A DNA stretch of 45,646 nucleotides from Pseudomonadota bacterium (GCA_046735815.1 JBKPUA010000119.1:1-45646), one strand, 5' to 3'. Positions 35,120-44,111 are shown, counted from the first letter of the stretch. Program-made: numbers and translations. The notes: generated from the letters alone by a model not told the origin.

Positions 35120-36160
35120 TCAATTCGTGCGCGGCATGGTGTAGGCGGCACGTACCTTGTCCAGCAAAGCGGGCGACAGGTTGCTGACCTCCACCACGAG
35201 CTTCTGCAGCTCCTCGCCCGGCAGCGGCGAGACCGCGACATTGATCCGCTGCGCTTCGCTGAGCAATTCGGGATCCTTCATGGTGGCGTCGAAGGCGCGT
35301 CGCAGCACGGTGACGCGCTCGGCCGGCACGGCGGGCGTGGTGAAGAACGCGGTCCCGATCTCGGTCGCATTCAAGATCGCGCGCAGGATCATGCGCTCCT
35401 CGTCGTTGCGGGCGAGGTCGACGGCGGTGGGAATATCGGGAAGCTCGGGGTGGTGCTTGAGCGCGAACTGCACGAGCACCGTGACGCTTTTGTCCCGGAT
35501 CCAGTCGGGGTGTGCGACCTTGAGTGCGGTCCACGAGGTCGAGTGACCCTCGACCTCGCCGCGCTCGACCGCCAGCATGGCCTCGTTCGAGCCCTTGTAT
35601 CCCATCACCAGCTTGAACTTGGTTCCGAATACGTTGTTCATGACCGTGGGAAAAATCGACACGGTTGAGCCGACGCCGGTGCCCGACAGCGTGGATTCGA
35701 TCTTCTGGGCGTCCGCGAAGGTCTTCACCGGCGACGTCTTCCACATGAACACCATGTTGATCAGAGAATCGAGGCGGCCGACCCAGTTGAGCTCGGCGGT
35801 CTTGAAGCGCACGCCCTGCGTGCCGAGCTTCTCGTCGAGCGGCGTGGTCGGCGCGCCGATGCCGATGACGGTGCCGTCCTTGGGGAGCGTGTTGAAAACT
35901 TGGTTGACCGCCAGGAAGCTGCCGGCGCCGGGCATGTTCTTCGGCACCACCAGCGGCTTGCCGGGAATATGCTGGCCGAGATGGCGCGCGACCAGCCGCC
36001 CGAGCGTATCGTTGCTCCCGCCGGGCGGATAGCCGATCACGAAGTCGATCGTCTTGCCGGCGTAGAACTGTTCGGGCCCTTGCGCCGAGCCCTGGCTGAC
36101 CAAGCCGATGACACCAACCAGAACGGCGGCGGCGAAACTCCCGCATCGACCAAACTGCAC
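35120..36160 (-). CDS. Bug-family (TctC-like) tripartite tricarboxylate transporter substrate-binding protein
   Basis: GTG 36160 follows GGAGAGGAAG, and a signal peptide is present. YAGKTIDFVIGYPPGGSNDTLGRLVARHL is a typical Bug motif. The track start at 36232 translates a REP element. Confidence 0.85.
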   Translation of the reverse strand: MQFGRCGSFAAAVLVGVIGLVSQGSAQGPEQFYAGKTIDFVIGYPPGGSNDTLGRLVARHLGQHIPGKPLVVPKNMPGAGSFLAVNQVFNTLPKDGTVIGIGAPTTPLDEKLGTQGVRFKTAELNWVGRLDSLINMVFMWKTSPVKTFADAQKIESTLSGTGVGSTVSIFPTVMNNVFGTKFKLVMGYKGSNEAMLAVERGEVEGHSTSWTALKVAHPDWIRDKSVTVLVQFALKHHPELPDIPTAVDLARNDEERMILRAILNATEIGTAFFTTPAVPAERVTVLRRAFDATMKDPELLSEAQRINVAVSPLPGEELQKLVVEVSNLSPALLDKVRAAYTMPRTN

Positions 36161-36197
36161 GTCGCTTCCTCTCCGTTGCTTGTTGATTCTGTAGTTT

Positions 36198-36274
36198 TGT
36201 AGGGGCGGATTGGCGCCAGCGTAATCCGCCACGTCGCCGCAGTCGGCGCCTTTTGCCTTCGGCTAACCCGCCTA
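36198..36274. repeat. REP-like element (GTAGGGGCGGATT...AATCCGCC...CCCGCCTAC family)
   Basis: GGCGGATTGGCGCCAGCGTAATCCGCC forms a hairpin. The outer ends GTAGGGGCGG and CCCGCCTAC are imperfectly inverted. The element overlaps the RraA-like stop codon. Confidence 0.5.
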
Positions 36275-37021
36275 CTTTTCCCCATAGGTCGCGCGCGAAA
36301 TGTCCGGCACTGGCAAGCCGTCGTCGATGGCCTTGCAGCGGACCGTCTCAGCCTTCGCCTTCTGCTCGGCGGCGTCGAGCACCTCGAGCACCACGTCGCG
36401 CGGAATGAAGCAGACCCCGGTATCGTCGGCGACCACGAGATCGCCCGCGGCGACGCGCACCTCGCCGATCTGGATCGGACCGTTGATCTCCACGGTCTCG
36501 AGCCGCCACTTGCCGGTGACGGGCGTGATGTCGCTCGCCCAAATCGGATAGCCGAGCGCGCGGGAATGGGCAATGTCGCGCACGCCGCCCTGCACGACCG
36601 CGCCGACCTCGCCTTGGCGTTGGCCAGTCTGGGCCGAGATGCCGCCCATGTTCGAGACGTCGGCGACGCCCTGGATCACCAGCACGTCGCCTTGCTGGGC
36701 GAGGTTGTGCGCTTCGAATTCCGCCATCCGGTTGACGTGCGCGCGCGCGCCGGCGAGCGGATCGATGCGCTGCAGGATATTGCGCACGGTGAGCGCCGGA
36801 CCGGCGATAGTCTTGCCGGCGATGGTGGGCTTGAGTACCGATGCGCCGATCGCGCCATGCGGAATGCCGAGCTCGTCCATGGTGTCCGAGATGATGCCGG
36901 TCGGATCGCCGAGCGCAAGCAGCCGCTCGACCGCGCCCGCAGGCGGGCGGGGCACCGCCATCAACTTAATGTGCTCGGCCGCGATGCGGCCGGTCAGTCG
37001 TTTCTTCTCTGCAACGTTCAT
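36272..37021 (-). CDS. RraA-family protein (RNase E regulator / 4-hydroxy-4-methyl-2-oxoglutarate aldolase-like)
   Basis: The start reads CAT on the + strand at 37019-37021 and follows GGGGAG on the coding strand. Motifs seen: DTMDELG, GDVLVIQG, GGISAQTGQRQGEVGAVVQGGVRD and GDLVVADDTGVCFIP. Confidence 0.85.
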   Translation of the reverse strand: MNVAEKKRLTGRIAAEHIKLMAVPRPPAGAVERLLALGDPTGIISDTMDELGIPHGAIGASVLKPTIAGKTIAGPALTVRNILQRIDPLAGARAHVNRMAEFEAHNLAQQGDVLVIQGVADVSNMGGISAQTGQRQGEVGAVVQGGVRDIAHSRALGYPIWASDITPVTGKWRLETVEINGPIQIGEVRVAAGDLVVADDTGVCFIPRDVVLEVLDAAEQKAKAETVRCKAIDDGLPVPDISRATYGEK

Positions 37022-37090
37022 TGGAGCGCTCCCCGTTGTGCGACGCAGTTCGATCCCACTCTATCGGCTCTCTTAGGGCGAATGAGCGTA

Positions 37091-37152
37091 CCGTAATCCA
37101 CCACGCCACGAAACACGGTCGGCGGATTACAGCGCGCCCAATCCGCCCTACA
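37091..37152. repeat. REP-like element of the same GGCGGATT/AATCCGCCCTAC family, opposite orientation
   Basis: GTAATCCACC...GGCGGATTACAGCGCGCCCAATCCGCCCTACAGG, with the inverted repeat GGCGGATT (37121-37128) / AATCCGCC (37139-37146). Confidence 0.5.
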
Positions 37153-37225
37153 GGCCAACCGTCTTGCCCCGGCAAACGCTGCTCGCTACCGTTGCCGCCC
37201 CTCGGCACAGCAAAGGCCAAACGCC

Positions 37226-37927
37226 ATGATCGATCTCTATGCGCTTACCAGCCCGAACGTGCAGAAAATCTACATCATGCTCGAAGAATGCGGACTGCCG
37301 TACAAGGAGCACTTCGTCGACGTCTGGAAAGGCGAGCAATACAAGCCCGAATTTTCCAAGCTCAACCCCAACAACAAGATTCCGGCGATCGTCGATCACG
37401 ACGGGCCGGGCGGCAGGCCCTACACCGTGATCGAATCCGGCGCGATCCTGCTCTACCTCGCCGAGAAGACCGGCAAGTTTCTGCCCAAGGACACCGCCAA
37501 GAAACACGAGGTGATCCAGTGGCTGATGATCCAGCTCACCGGCGTCGGTCCGATGTTCGGGCAATGGACGCACTTCAAGCTGTTCGCGCCGAAGACCGGC
37601 AATGACTATTCGATGGCCCGCTACACCTCAGAAATCAAGCGGCTCTACGAGGTGCTGGAGAAGCGGCTCGGCGAGGCGCCCTATCTCGGCGGCCAGGACT
37701 ACTCGATCGCCGACATCGCTACCTTTCCGTGGACGCGCAACCACGACGCCCAGGGCGTGAAGTGGGAGGACAATCCCAACCTCGCGCGCTGGTTCAACGC
37801 CATCAGCGAGCGGCCGGCGGTGAAGGCGGCGCTCGCCAAGATCGCCGTCATCAAGTCGAACCGCGAGACCGCGTCAGACGACGACAAGGATCGCTTCTTC
37901 AATCGCGGCCGCTACGCCCGGGCGTGA
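37226..37927 (+). CDS. glutathione S-transferase, Nu-class (YfcG-like)
   Basis: The protein reads almost colinearly with E. coli YfcG as I remember it: MIDLY..., NPNNKIPAIVDH, ESGAILLYLAEKTGKFLP, YSIADIATFPW. Confidence 0.9.
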   Translation: MIDLYALTSPNVQKIYIMLEECGLPYKEHFVDVWKGEQYKPEFSKLNPNNKIPAIVDHDGPGGRPYTVIESGAILLYLAEKTGKFLPKDTAKKHEVIQWLMIQLTGVGPMFGQWTHFKLFAPKTGNDYSMARYTSEIKRLYEVLEKRLGEAPYLGGQDYSIADIATFPWTRNHDAQGVKWEDNPNLARWFNAISERPAVKAALAKIAVIKSNRETASDDDKDRFFNRGRYARA

Positions 37928-37960
37928 TCGCGCGCAGCTAGATCGCGCGGGGAGGGGGCG

Positions 37961-38749
37961 TTGGAGCTTGCAGGCAAAGCCGCCGTCGTCACCGGCGCGA
38001 GCTCGGACGACGGCGTCGGCGCCGAATGCGCAAAGATGCTCGCCTCCCGCGGCTGCCGCGTGGTGGTGAACTACGCCACCAACAAGGCCGGCGCCGAGAA
38101 TGTGGTGGCCGAATGCAAGGCGGCGGGCGCCGAAGCTTTTGCCGTGCAGGGTGACGTGGCACGCGATGACGACTGCCGGCGCCTGGTTGCGGCGGCGGTC
38201 GATGCGTGGGGGCGGCTCGACGTGCTCATCAACAACGCGGCGGTCACCAAGACCATTCCCCATCAGCGCTTCGATCTGCTCGACGCCGACGAGTTCGAGC
38301 GCACCTATGCCGTCAATCTGATCGGCAATTACCAGATGTGCCGGGCCGCCGCGCCGCATCTGAAGGCCACCGGCGACGCCGCGATCGTGAACATCTCGTC
38401 GATCGGCGCCATGCGCGGGGCGGGTAGCTCGATTGCGTACGCCGCCTCCAAGGGCGCCCTCAACACGCTGACTGTGAGCATGGCGCGCGCGCTCGCGCCG
38501 CAAGTGCGGGTCAATGCGCTGTGTCCGGGTGGGCTGCTCGGCAGCTGGACGCGCAAGATCATGACCGCGGAGCAGTACCAGGCGCGCGTCCGTCAGGCCG
38601 AGACCGAATTCCCGCTCAAGCGCGGCATCTGGCCGATCGACGTGGCGCGGGCGGCGGTCTTTCTGGTGGGGGACGCGGTGGTGATGACCGGCGAATGTCT
38701 GCGCATGGACGCCGGCGAGCACCTCGGCGCCAATCTGATACGTGCGTAG
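37961..38749 (+). CDS. SDR family oxidoreductase
   Basis: A TTG start follows GGGGAGGGGG. Motifs seen: GKAAVVTGASSDDGVG, NNAA and the YAASK catalytic motif. Confidence 0.85.
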   Translation: MELAGKAAVVTGASSDDGVGAECAKMLASRGCRVVVNYATNKAGAENVVAECKAAGAEAFAVQGDVARDDDCRRLVAAAVDAWGRLDVLINNAAVTKTIPHQRFDLLDADEFERTYAVNLIGNYQMCRAAAPHLKATGDAAIVNISSIGAMRGAGSSIAYAASKGALNTLTVSMARALAPQVRVNALCPGGLLGSWTRKIMTAEQYQARVRQAETEFPLKRGIWPIDVARAAVFLVGDAVVMTGECLRMDAGEHLGANLIRA

Positions 38750-38756
38750 CCCGGAT

Positions 38757-38790
38757 AGAGCCTAAAGCGCGTGAACGCGCTTTAGGCTCT
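38757..38790. terminator. perfect 15-bp hairpin between convergent genes (REP-type, possible bidirectional terminator)
   Basis: AGAGCCTAAAGCGCG-TGAA-CGCGCTTTAGGCTCT, preceded by GTAGCCCGGAT. No U-tract on either strand. Confidence 0.5.
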
Positions 38791-38804
38791 GCCGGGGCGG
38801 GAAA

Positions 38805-39104
38805 CTAGCACAGTCGCCATTGACCATCGATCCAGCATCGACGCGGCGGAGCGTATGCCGGCGCGGCGTACACTGGCGGCGCTACGTAGACGGGTGCGGC
38901 ATATACGGGCGCGTAGAAGCAGCCGGGATATACGCCCCAACCCCGCCACCCGTACCGCCAGCAAGCGACTCTTTCGACCGGATTCGCCTCCTCGATTGCC
39001 GAATGGATCGTAACGCCCTGGCCGGCGATCAATGCCGCAGCCGGTGTCATGCAGACAGATGCAACCGTCGCGGCAACGGCCAGCGTTGAGGTTACCTTTC
39101 GCAT
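38805..39104 (-). CDS. small secreted Trp/Tyr/Pro/Cys-rich protein (99 aa)
   Basis: The start reads CAT on the + strand at 39102-39104 and follows GGAGGGGAAGAG on the coding strand. Signal peptide MRKVTSTLAVAATVASVCMTPAAA. The mature part reads CWRYGWRGWGVYPGCFYAPVYAAPVYVAPPVYAAPAYAPPRRCWIDGQWRLC. The rest of track ORF 38805..40055 is a shadow of the esterase gene. Confidence 0.55.
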   Translation of the reverse strand: MRKVTSTLAVAATVASVCMTPAAALIAGQGVTIHSAIEEANPVERVACWRYGWRGWGVYPGCFYAPVYAAPVYVAPPVYAAPAYAPPRRCWIDGQWRLC

Positions 39105-39296
39105 ATCAGCTCTTCCCCTCCACACGGCGGATTCACCTGTTGACCTGCGAGTGATACGGGCCGGGCCGCTGGACCCTTCGGGGGTTTTTTGTTCTTGTTC
39201 GACACGCATGTGGACGTGACGCACCCAAATCGGCCGACTCGGAAATGCCAGAGTCGACGGCGATCGATATTGTCGAAATTGACGGAGTAAAGACGG

Positions 39297-40145
39297 ATGC
39301 CAGAATCGCAAGCGATCGAAACCAGGAGCGGCGTTGCCTATGCCAACCACGACGCCGTTTCGCTTCTCGGCGACCTGTATCTGCCCGCCGGCGCCGGACC
39401 GTTCCCGGCGCTGGTCGGCGTGCACGGCGGCGGTTGGCAGGCGGGCGCGCGCAATGCGTTCCAGTTCTGGGGGCCGTATCTTGCCGAACGCGGCTATGCC
39501 CTGTTCGCAATCAGCTATCGGCTGGCGAAAAAAAGGCAGCGGATGTTTCCGCAGGCGGTCAATGACGTGCTCGCGGCGGTGCAGTTCGTGCGCGGCAGCG
39601 CGCGCGAGATCAGGGTCGATCCCGAGCGCATCGCGCTGTTCGGCGCCTCGGCCGGCGCGCACCTCGCTTCGCTCGCCGCGCTCGGCGGAGAAACCTTCAA
39701 GGGCAGCTATCCCAACGACGAATTCGTCGCGGTCAATACCAAGGTGAAGGCGCTGGTCGGCGTCTACGGCGTCTACGACCTGGCGGAGATGTGGCAGCGC
39801 TATCAGCTGCAGAGCCCGCGCGAGAACAATATCGAGAATTTCATGGGCGCCGCGCCGATGGACAACCCGCGGCTCTATTTCGACGCCTCGCCCATCAACT
39901 ACGCGAGCTTCGCCAACAACTATATGGGCGTGTTTCTGGCGGTGGGGACCGAGGACGATCTCGTCGACCGCCGCGCCCAGACCGACGCCTTCCTCATGAA
40001 ATTGAAGCAGGCCAACTTCTTCGTGCGCACCTGCATCGTGCAGGGCGCGCCGCATTATTGGCTCAGCGACCCGATCGAGGAGGTCGGCAGCTATTCCGGC
40101 TTCATGGCGCCCCGGCTTATCCGCTTTTTGAAGGAGCGCTTGTGA
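39297..40145 (+). CDS. alpha/beta hydrolase (esterase/lipase, fold-3 type)
   Basis: An HGGGW oxyanion motif (VGVHGGGWQAG) and a GASAGAHL nucleophile elbow. ATG 39297 follows GGAG. Confidence 0.85.
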   Translation: MPESQAIETRSGVAYANHDAVSLLGDLYLPAGAGPFPALVGVHGGGWQAGARNAFQFWGPYLAERGYALFAISYRLAKKRQRMFPQAVNDVLAAVQFVRGSAREIRVDPERIALFGASAGAHLASLAALGGETFKGSYPNDEFVAVNTKVKALVGVYGVYDLAEMWQRYQLQSPRENNIENFMGAAPMDNPRLYFDASPINYASFANNYMGVFLAVGTEDDLVDRRAQTDAFLMKLKQANFFVRTCIVQGAPHYWLSDPIEEVGSYSGFMAPRLIRFLKERL

Positions 40146-40198
40146 GATTGGACGAAACTGGTCGCCTCTAGGTTGTCAGATCACGGGACGCAACCGGG

Positions 40199-41050
40199 CT
40201 AGCTGGCCGCGCTCTTGTTCAAGAACGCCTCGAGCGCGGCGACCTGTTTCTTGTCGCCTGCGAAGTCGTCGGCGATCTGCTCGTAGAAATGCGCCGCGCC
40301 GAGATAGAGCTCGTGCGCCGCGGGATCCTCGCCGACGAAATCGGCTATCTCGTGCATCTCGGCGATCCAGCGATAGGCCTTCGGCGGCATCAGCTCCAGG
40401 CTGCGCTTGAGCCAGGCCAGCATCTGCGGCTGGCTGCTCGAGAGCTCGGCGAACAACGCATCGGCGGTGCCGCCGCGGTTGGCGGCGAGCAGCATGGCGG
40501 CGCCGAGCGCCTGCGTGCCCTTGGTGATGCCGGCATAGGACATCTTCATCGCCGAGGCCGCGCTCATGGGGCCGTCGAGGAGGCGCACGTCGAGACCGAA
40601 CTCCTTGAGCTTGGCGAAGCGCGGGGCCGCCGGACCGGAGGCATAGAAGCGCGGGCCGGCGTCGTTCGGCTTGGGCGGCGCGCCGATGATGCCGGCGTCC
40701 ACGAAGGGCGAGCCGGTCGGCGCGATCACCGCGGCGATGCGCTCGACCGTCGGCGGGCTGACCGCGTTGCAATCGACGAACACCGGCTTGCTGTTGCTGA
40801 CGGTGAGCGCCGGCGCGAACCGCTGCGCCAGCGTGACCGCGTCGCCCGGCGGCAGGATCGACAGGATGAAATCGGTCGCCGCGATCTCCTCGTCGCCGGC
40901 CGACGTCATGCCGGCGGCCTTGGCGCGCTCGGCCGTTTCAGTGCTGCGCCCCTTGAGCGAGGTCAGCACCTTGAGGCCGTGATCGACGAGCCGCTTGCCG
41001 ACGGCAGCGCCCATCATGCCGGGCGCGATGACGGCGACGACAGGATTCAT
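40199..41050 (-). CDS. NAD(P)-dependent oxidoreductase, 6-phosphogluconate/3-hydroxyisobutyrate dehydrogenase-like (DUF1932-type C-domain)
   Basis: The start reads CAT on the + strand at 41048-41050 and follows GGAGAGAA on the coding strand. The Rossmann segment is VAVIAPGMMGAAVG. The C-terminus contains AMKMSYAGITKG. Confidence 0.8.
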   Translation of the reverse strand: MNPVVAVIAPGMMGAAVGKRLVDHGLKVLTSLKGRSTETAERAKAAGMTSAGDEEIAATDFILSILPPGDAVTLAQRFAPALTVSNSKPVFVDCNAVSPPTVERIAAVIAPTGSPFVDAGIIGAPPKPNDAGPRFYASGPAAPRFAKLKEFGLDVRLLDGPMSAASAMKMSYAGITKGTQALGAAMLLAANRGGTADALFAELSSSQPQMLAWLKRSLELMPPKAYRWIAEMHEIADFVGEDPAAHELYLGAAHFYEQIADDFAGDKKQVAALEAFLNKSAAS

Positions 41051-41233
41051 GGGGTTCTCTCCACTGTGGCCCGGCGATGGACGGAGTCTGCGGATATCTC
41101 TGTTCCTTGGCAAGGCATCCGGGCGGGGGCCTGCCGCGCCGAACGCGCGGGACACGTGCGGCTTGGCAATTGAAACCATTTCGGCTTTGCTCGCGGCCCG
41201 CCCGCGACATGTCATCAATCGTAGGAACGTCCC

Positions 41234-42073
41234 GTGCCCGATGCTTTGTCCGAGATCCGCTACCAAGTCGCACTCGCCAACCGCATGCTGGCGAACGAAG
41301 GCGTGCTCGACGCCTTCGGCCACGTCAGCCTGCGCCATCCCACCGACCCTGGGCGTTACCTGCTCTCGCGCTCGCGCTCGCCGGGATTGATCGAGGCGGC
41401 CGACATCTTGGAATTCTCGCTCGATTCCGATCCGGTCGCGCCGCCGACGGTCAAGCTCTATGCCGAGCGGGTGATCCACGGCTGTATTTATCAGGCGCGG
41501 CCGGACGTGATGGCGGTGTGCCATCACCATGCCCCGGCGGTGATGCCGTTCTGCATCGCGGGCGTGCCGATCGTGCCGGTGTTTCACCTCGGCGCTGCGG
41601 CGGGAGAGACGTTGCCGTTCTGGAACCAGCGCGACGAGTTCGGCGACACCAACCTGCTGGTGGTCAAGCCCGAAGAGGGCCGCTCGCTCGCGCGTGCGCT
41701 CGGGTCGCACGGCGCGGTGCTGATGAATCACCACGGCGCCACCGTGGTCGGGCGCGACCTGCGCGAGCTAGTCTCGCGCGCGATCTTCATGTGCCACAAC
41801 GCCGAGTATCAGCTGCGCGCCCAGCTCTTGGGACGAGTCGCGACGCTCACCCCGGGCGAGACCAGGCTCGCCGGCTCGATCAACGCCATGCCGAACGTGA
41901 CCGACCGGACCTGGGAATACTGGACCTTGCGCCTCGACAAGGCGGGTGGACTGCCGCCACGCGCGGCGGCTAGATCGCGAGCGCGGCCGCGGGCCGCATC
42001 GGCGCGGAGCGCGGCTTCGCGTAGAACCCCGTCGCGAGGTCGCAAGCGCGCGAGCAAAGGGAGGACACGATGA
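41234..42073 (+). CDS. class II aldolase/adducin family protein with a basic C-terminal extension
   Basis: GTG 41234 follows AGGAA. Motifs seen: GVLDAFGHVSLRHP, MAVCHHH and VLMNHHGATVVG. The tail from about 41940 is Arg/Ala/Ser-rich. Confidence 0.8.
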   Translation: MPDALSEIRYQVALANRMLANEGVLDAFGHVSLRHPTDPGRYLLSRSRSPGLIEAADILEFSLDSDPVAPPTVKLYAERVIHGCIYQARPDVMAVCHHHAPAVMPFCIAGVPIVPVFHLGAAAGETLPFWNQRDEFGDTNLLVVKPEEGRSLARALGSHGAVLMNHHGATVVGRDLRELVSRAIFMCHNAEYQLRAQLLGRVATLTPGETRLAGSINAMPNVTDRTWEYWTLRLDKAGGLPPRAAARSRARPRAASARSAASRRTPSRGRKRASKGRTR

Positions 42074-43071
42074 GCCGCAAGCGAGGAACGAGGATGATGG
42101 GGCGCCGCGGTCGCCATACGTTGCTCGCCGTGGCATTGCTGGCGCCGCTCGTCTTCACCGCCGCACCCGCGCGCGCCCAGGATGGGCTCAAGATCGCGAT
42201 CGGCCAGATCAACAACTGGGAAAACCAGGCCCCCACGCTCGGTCAGGACGCCGGCATCTTCAAGAAGCACAACCTCGCGCTTGACGCCGTCGGCACGCAA
42301 GGCGCCGGCGAGACCATGCAGCCCGTGATCGCCGGCAGCGCCGAGCTCGGCGCCGGCGTCGGCGTGGCCGGCGTGATGCGGGCCTTCGCCCGCGGCGCGC
42401 CGGTGCGCATTCTGCTGCCGGCGTTCACCGGCACGGGCGACCTCTATTGGTACGTGAAGGCGGATTCGCCGTTCAAGAGCATCAAGGACGTCACCGCGAG
42501 CAACACCATTGCCTATTCCACCAGCGGCTCGAGCTCGAACAACCTGGTCCTCGCTTTCATCGACGAGCTCGGCCTCAAGGCCAAGCCAACGGCGACCGGC
42601 GGTCCGGCCGGCACCTTGACCCAGGTCATGTCGGGGCAGATCGATATCGGTTGGGCCGCCCCTCCATTCGGCGTGAAAGAGCTCAAGGAGGGAAAGATTC
42701 GCATTCTCATCCGCGGCAGCGACGTGCCGTCGCTGCGCGAGCAGACGGTGCGCACGATCATCGTCAATGCCGATGCGCTCAAGGCCAAGCGCGACGCCAT
42801 CATGCGTTTCGTCGCCGCTTATCGGGAAGCGGTGGATTGGATGTATGCCGATCCCGATGCGATCAAGCGCTACGCGCAGAAGATGAACCTCGACGAGACC
42901 CTGATCGCGGACTCGATCAAGGAATTCCATCCGAAGGACGCCCTGCAGACCGACGCGATGAAGGACCTCGACGGCATCCAGCGCGACGCCGTCAAGCTCA
43001 AGTTCATCGACGCGCCGTTGAGCAAGGAGCAGCTCGCGGAGCTCATCCAGATCCCGCCGCGCACGCGCTAA
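42070..43071 (+). CDS. periplasmic solute-binding protein (NMT1-like ABC type), paralogue 1
   Basis: ATG 42070 follows GGGAGG and overlaps the upstream stop as ATGA. A signal peptide ends in APARAQD. Contains GLKIAIGQINNWENQAPTLGQDAGIFKKH. Confidence 0.75.
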   Translation: MSRKRGTRMMGRRGRHTLLAVALLAPLVFTAAPARAQDGLKIAIGQINNWENQAPTLGQDAGIFKKHNLALDAVGTQGAGETMQPVIAGSAELGAGVGVAGVMRAFARGAPVRILLPAFTGTGDLYWYVKADSPFKSIKDVTASNTIAYSTSGSSSNNLVLAFIDELGLKAKPTATGGPAGTLTQVMSGQIDIGWAAPPFGVKELKEGKIRILIRGSDVPSLREQTVRTIIVNADALKAKRDAIMRFVAAYREAVDWMYADPDAIKRYAQKMNLDETLIADSIKEFHPKDALQTDAMKDLDGIQRDAVKLKFIDAPLSKEQLAELIQIPPRTR

Positions 43072-43116
43072 CGGCTCCGATCGTCGCACCCGGCGGGCAA
43101 GTAGGAGAGGGGGGTC

Positions 43117-44079
43117 ATGCCAAAGCAAGGCTGGCTGTCGGCGCTTGTGCTTGCGGCCGTGACGACGGCCGCGGCGTCGCCGTCGTCGGCGGACGATTCA
43201 TTCAAGGTTGCGATCGGCCAGCTCGAGATCTGGAGCGGGCAGGCGCCGGTCCTCGGACAGAAGGCCGGCATCTTCAAGAAATACGGCATTGCGCTCGAAA
43301 ATTTCGGGACCGCCGGCGCGGGCGAGACCGTGCAGGCGGTGATCTCGGGCAGCGCCGATTTCGGCGTCAACGTGGGCCTCTCCGGCGTGATGCGGGCGTT
43401 TGCGAAGGGCGCGCCCATCCGCGTGTTCGGAGCAAATTTCACCGGAGCGAGCGATATCTTCTTCTATGTGCGCGCGGATTCGCCGATCAAGAGTCTGAAG
43501 GCCACCACCGAGAAGACCACCATCTCGTATTCGACCGGCGGCTCGACCACCCACACCATCGTGCTGGGGCTCGGCAAGGAGCTCGGCATCAAGGCGGTAC
43601 CGACCTCGACCGGCGGAATGCCGGCGACGCTGACGGCGGTGATGTCGGGCCAGATCGATATCGGCTGGGGATCGCCGCCGTTCGGGCTCAAGGAGATCGA
43701 CGAGGGCAAGATCCGCGTCATTGCCAGCGGCAACGACGTGCCCTCGCTGCGCAGCCAGACCATCCGCGTCGAGGTGGTCAACGATCACGTGCTGAAGAAT
43801 CGCAGGGACGCGGTGCTGCGCTTCGTGCGTGCGTTCCGCGACACGCTCGATTGGATGTATGCCGATCCCGCCGCGATCGGAATGTATGCCGAGGCGATCA
43901 AGGCGCCGGTCGCGATCGCCAAGACTGCGGTGGAGCAATTCCAGCCGAAGGAGGCCAAGCAGTTCGACCGCATCCTGGACATCGACGGCATCATGGCCGG
44001 CGCGATCGCCACCAAGTTCCTCGATGCGCCGCTCACCAAGGAGCAGCTGGCGGAATTCATCCAGATTCCGCCGCGGTAG
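43117..44079 (+). CDS. periplasmic solute-binding protein (NMT1-like ABC type), paralogue 2
   Basis: ATG 43117 follows AGGAGAGGGGGG, and a signal peptide is present. The protein is colinear with the previous gene (FKVAIGQLEIWSGQAPVLGQKAGIFKKY ... MSGQIDIGWGSPPFGLKEIDEGKIRV ... EQLAEFIQIPPR). Confidence 0.75.
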   Translation: MPKQGWLSALVLAAVTTAAASPSSADDSFKVAIGQLEIWSGQAPVLGQKAGIFKKYGIALENFGTAGAGETVQAVISGSADFGVNVGLSGVMRAFAKGAPIRVFGANFTGASDIFFYVRADSPIKSLKATTEKTTISYSTGGSTTHTIVLGLGKELGIKAVPTSTGGMPATLTAVMSGQIDIGWGSPPFGLKEIDEGKIRVIASGNDVPSLRSQTIRVEVVNDHVLKNRRDAVLRFVRAFRDTLDWMYADPAAIGMYAEAIKAPVAIAKTAVEQFQPKEAKQFDRILDIDGIMAGAIATKFLDAPLTKEQLAEFIQIPPR

Positions 44080-44111
44080 TTGAGGTCGAACGTCGGGGCG
44101 GTGAGGTGGCT

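Noticed and set aside
39105-40055. Upstream part of track ORF 38805..40055
   Set aside because: It is antisense to the alpha/beta hydrolase gene (HGGGW and GxSxG motifs). Only the last 99 codons, which have their own RBS and signal peptide, look genuine.
41051-41734. N-terminal 228 aa of track ORF 40199..41734
   Set aside because: A good RBS and the Rossmann motif begin at ATG 41050. The upstream part overlaps the aldolase gene on the other strand and the divergent promoter region.
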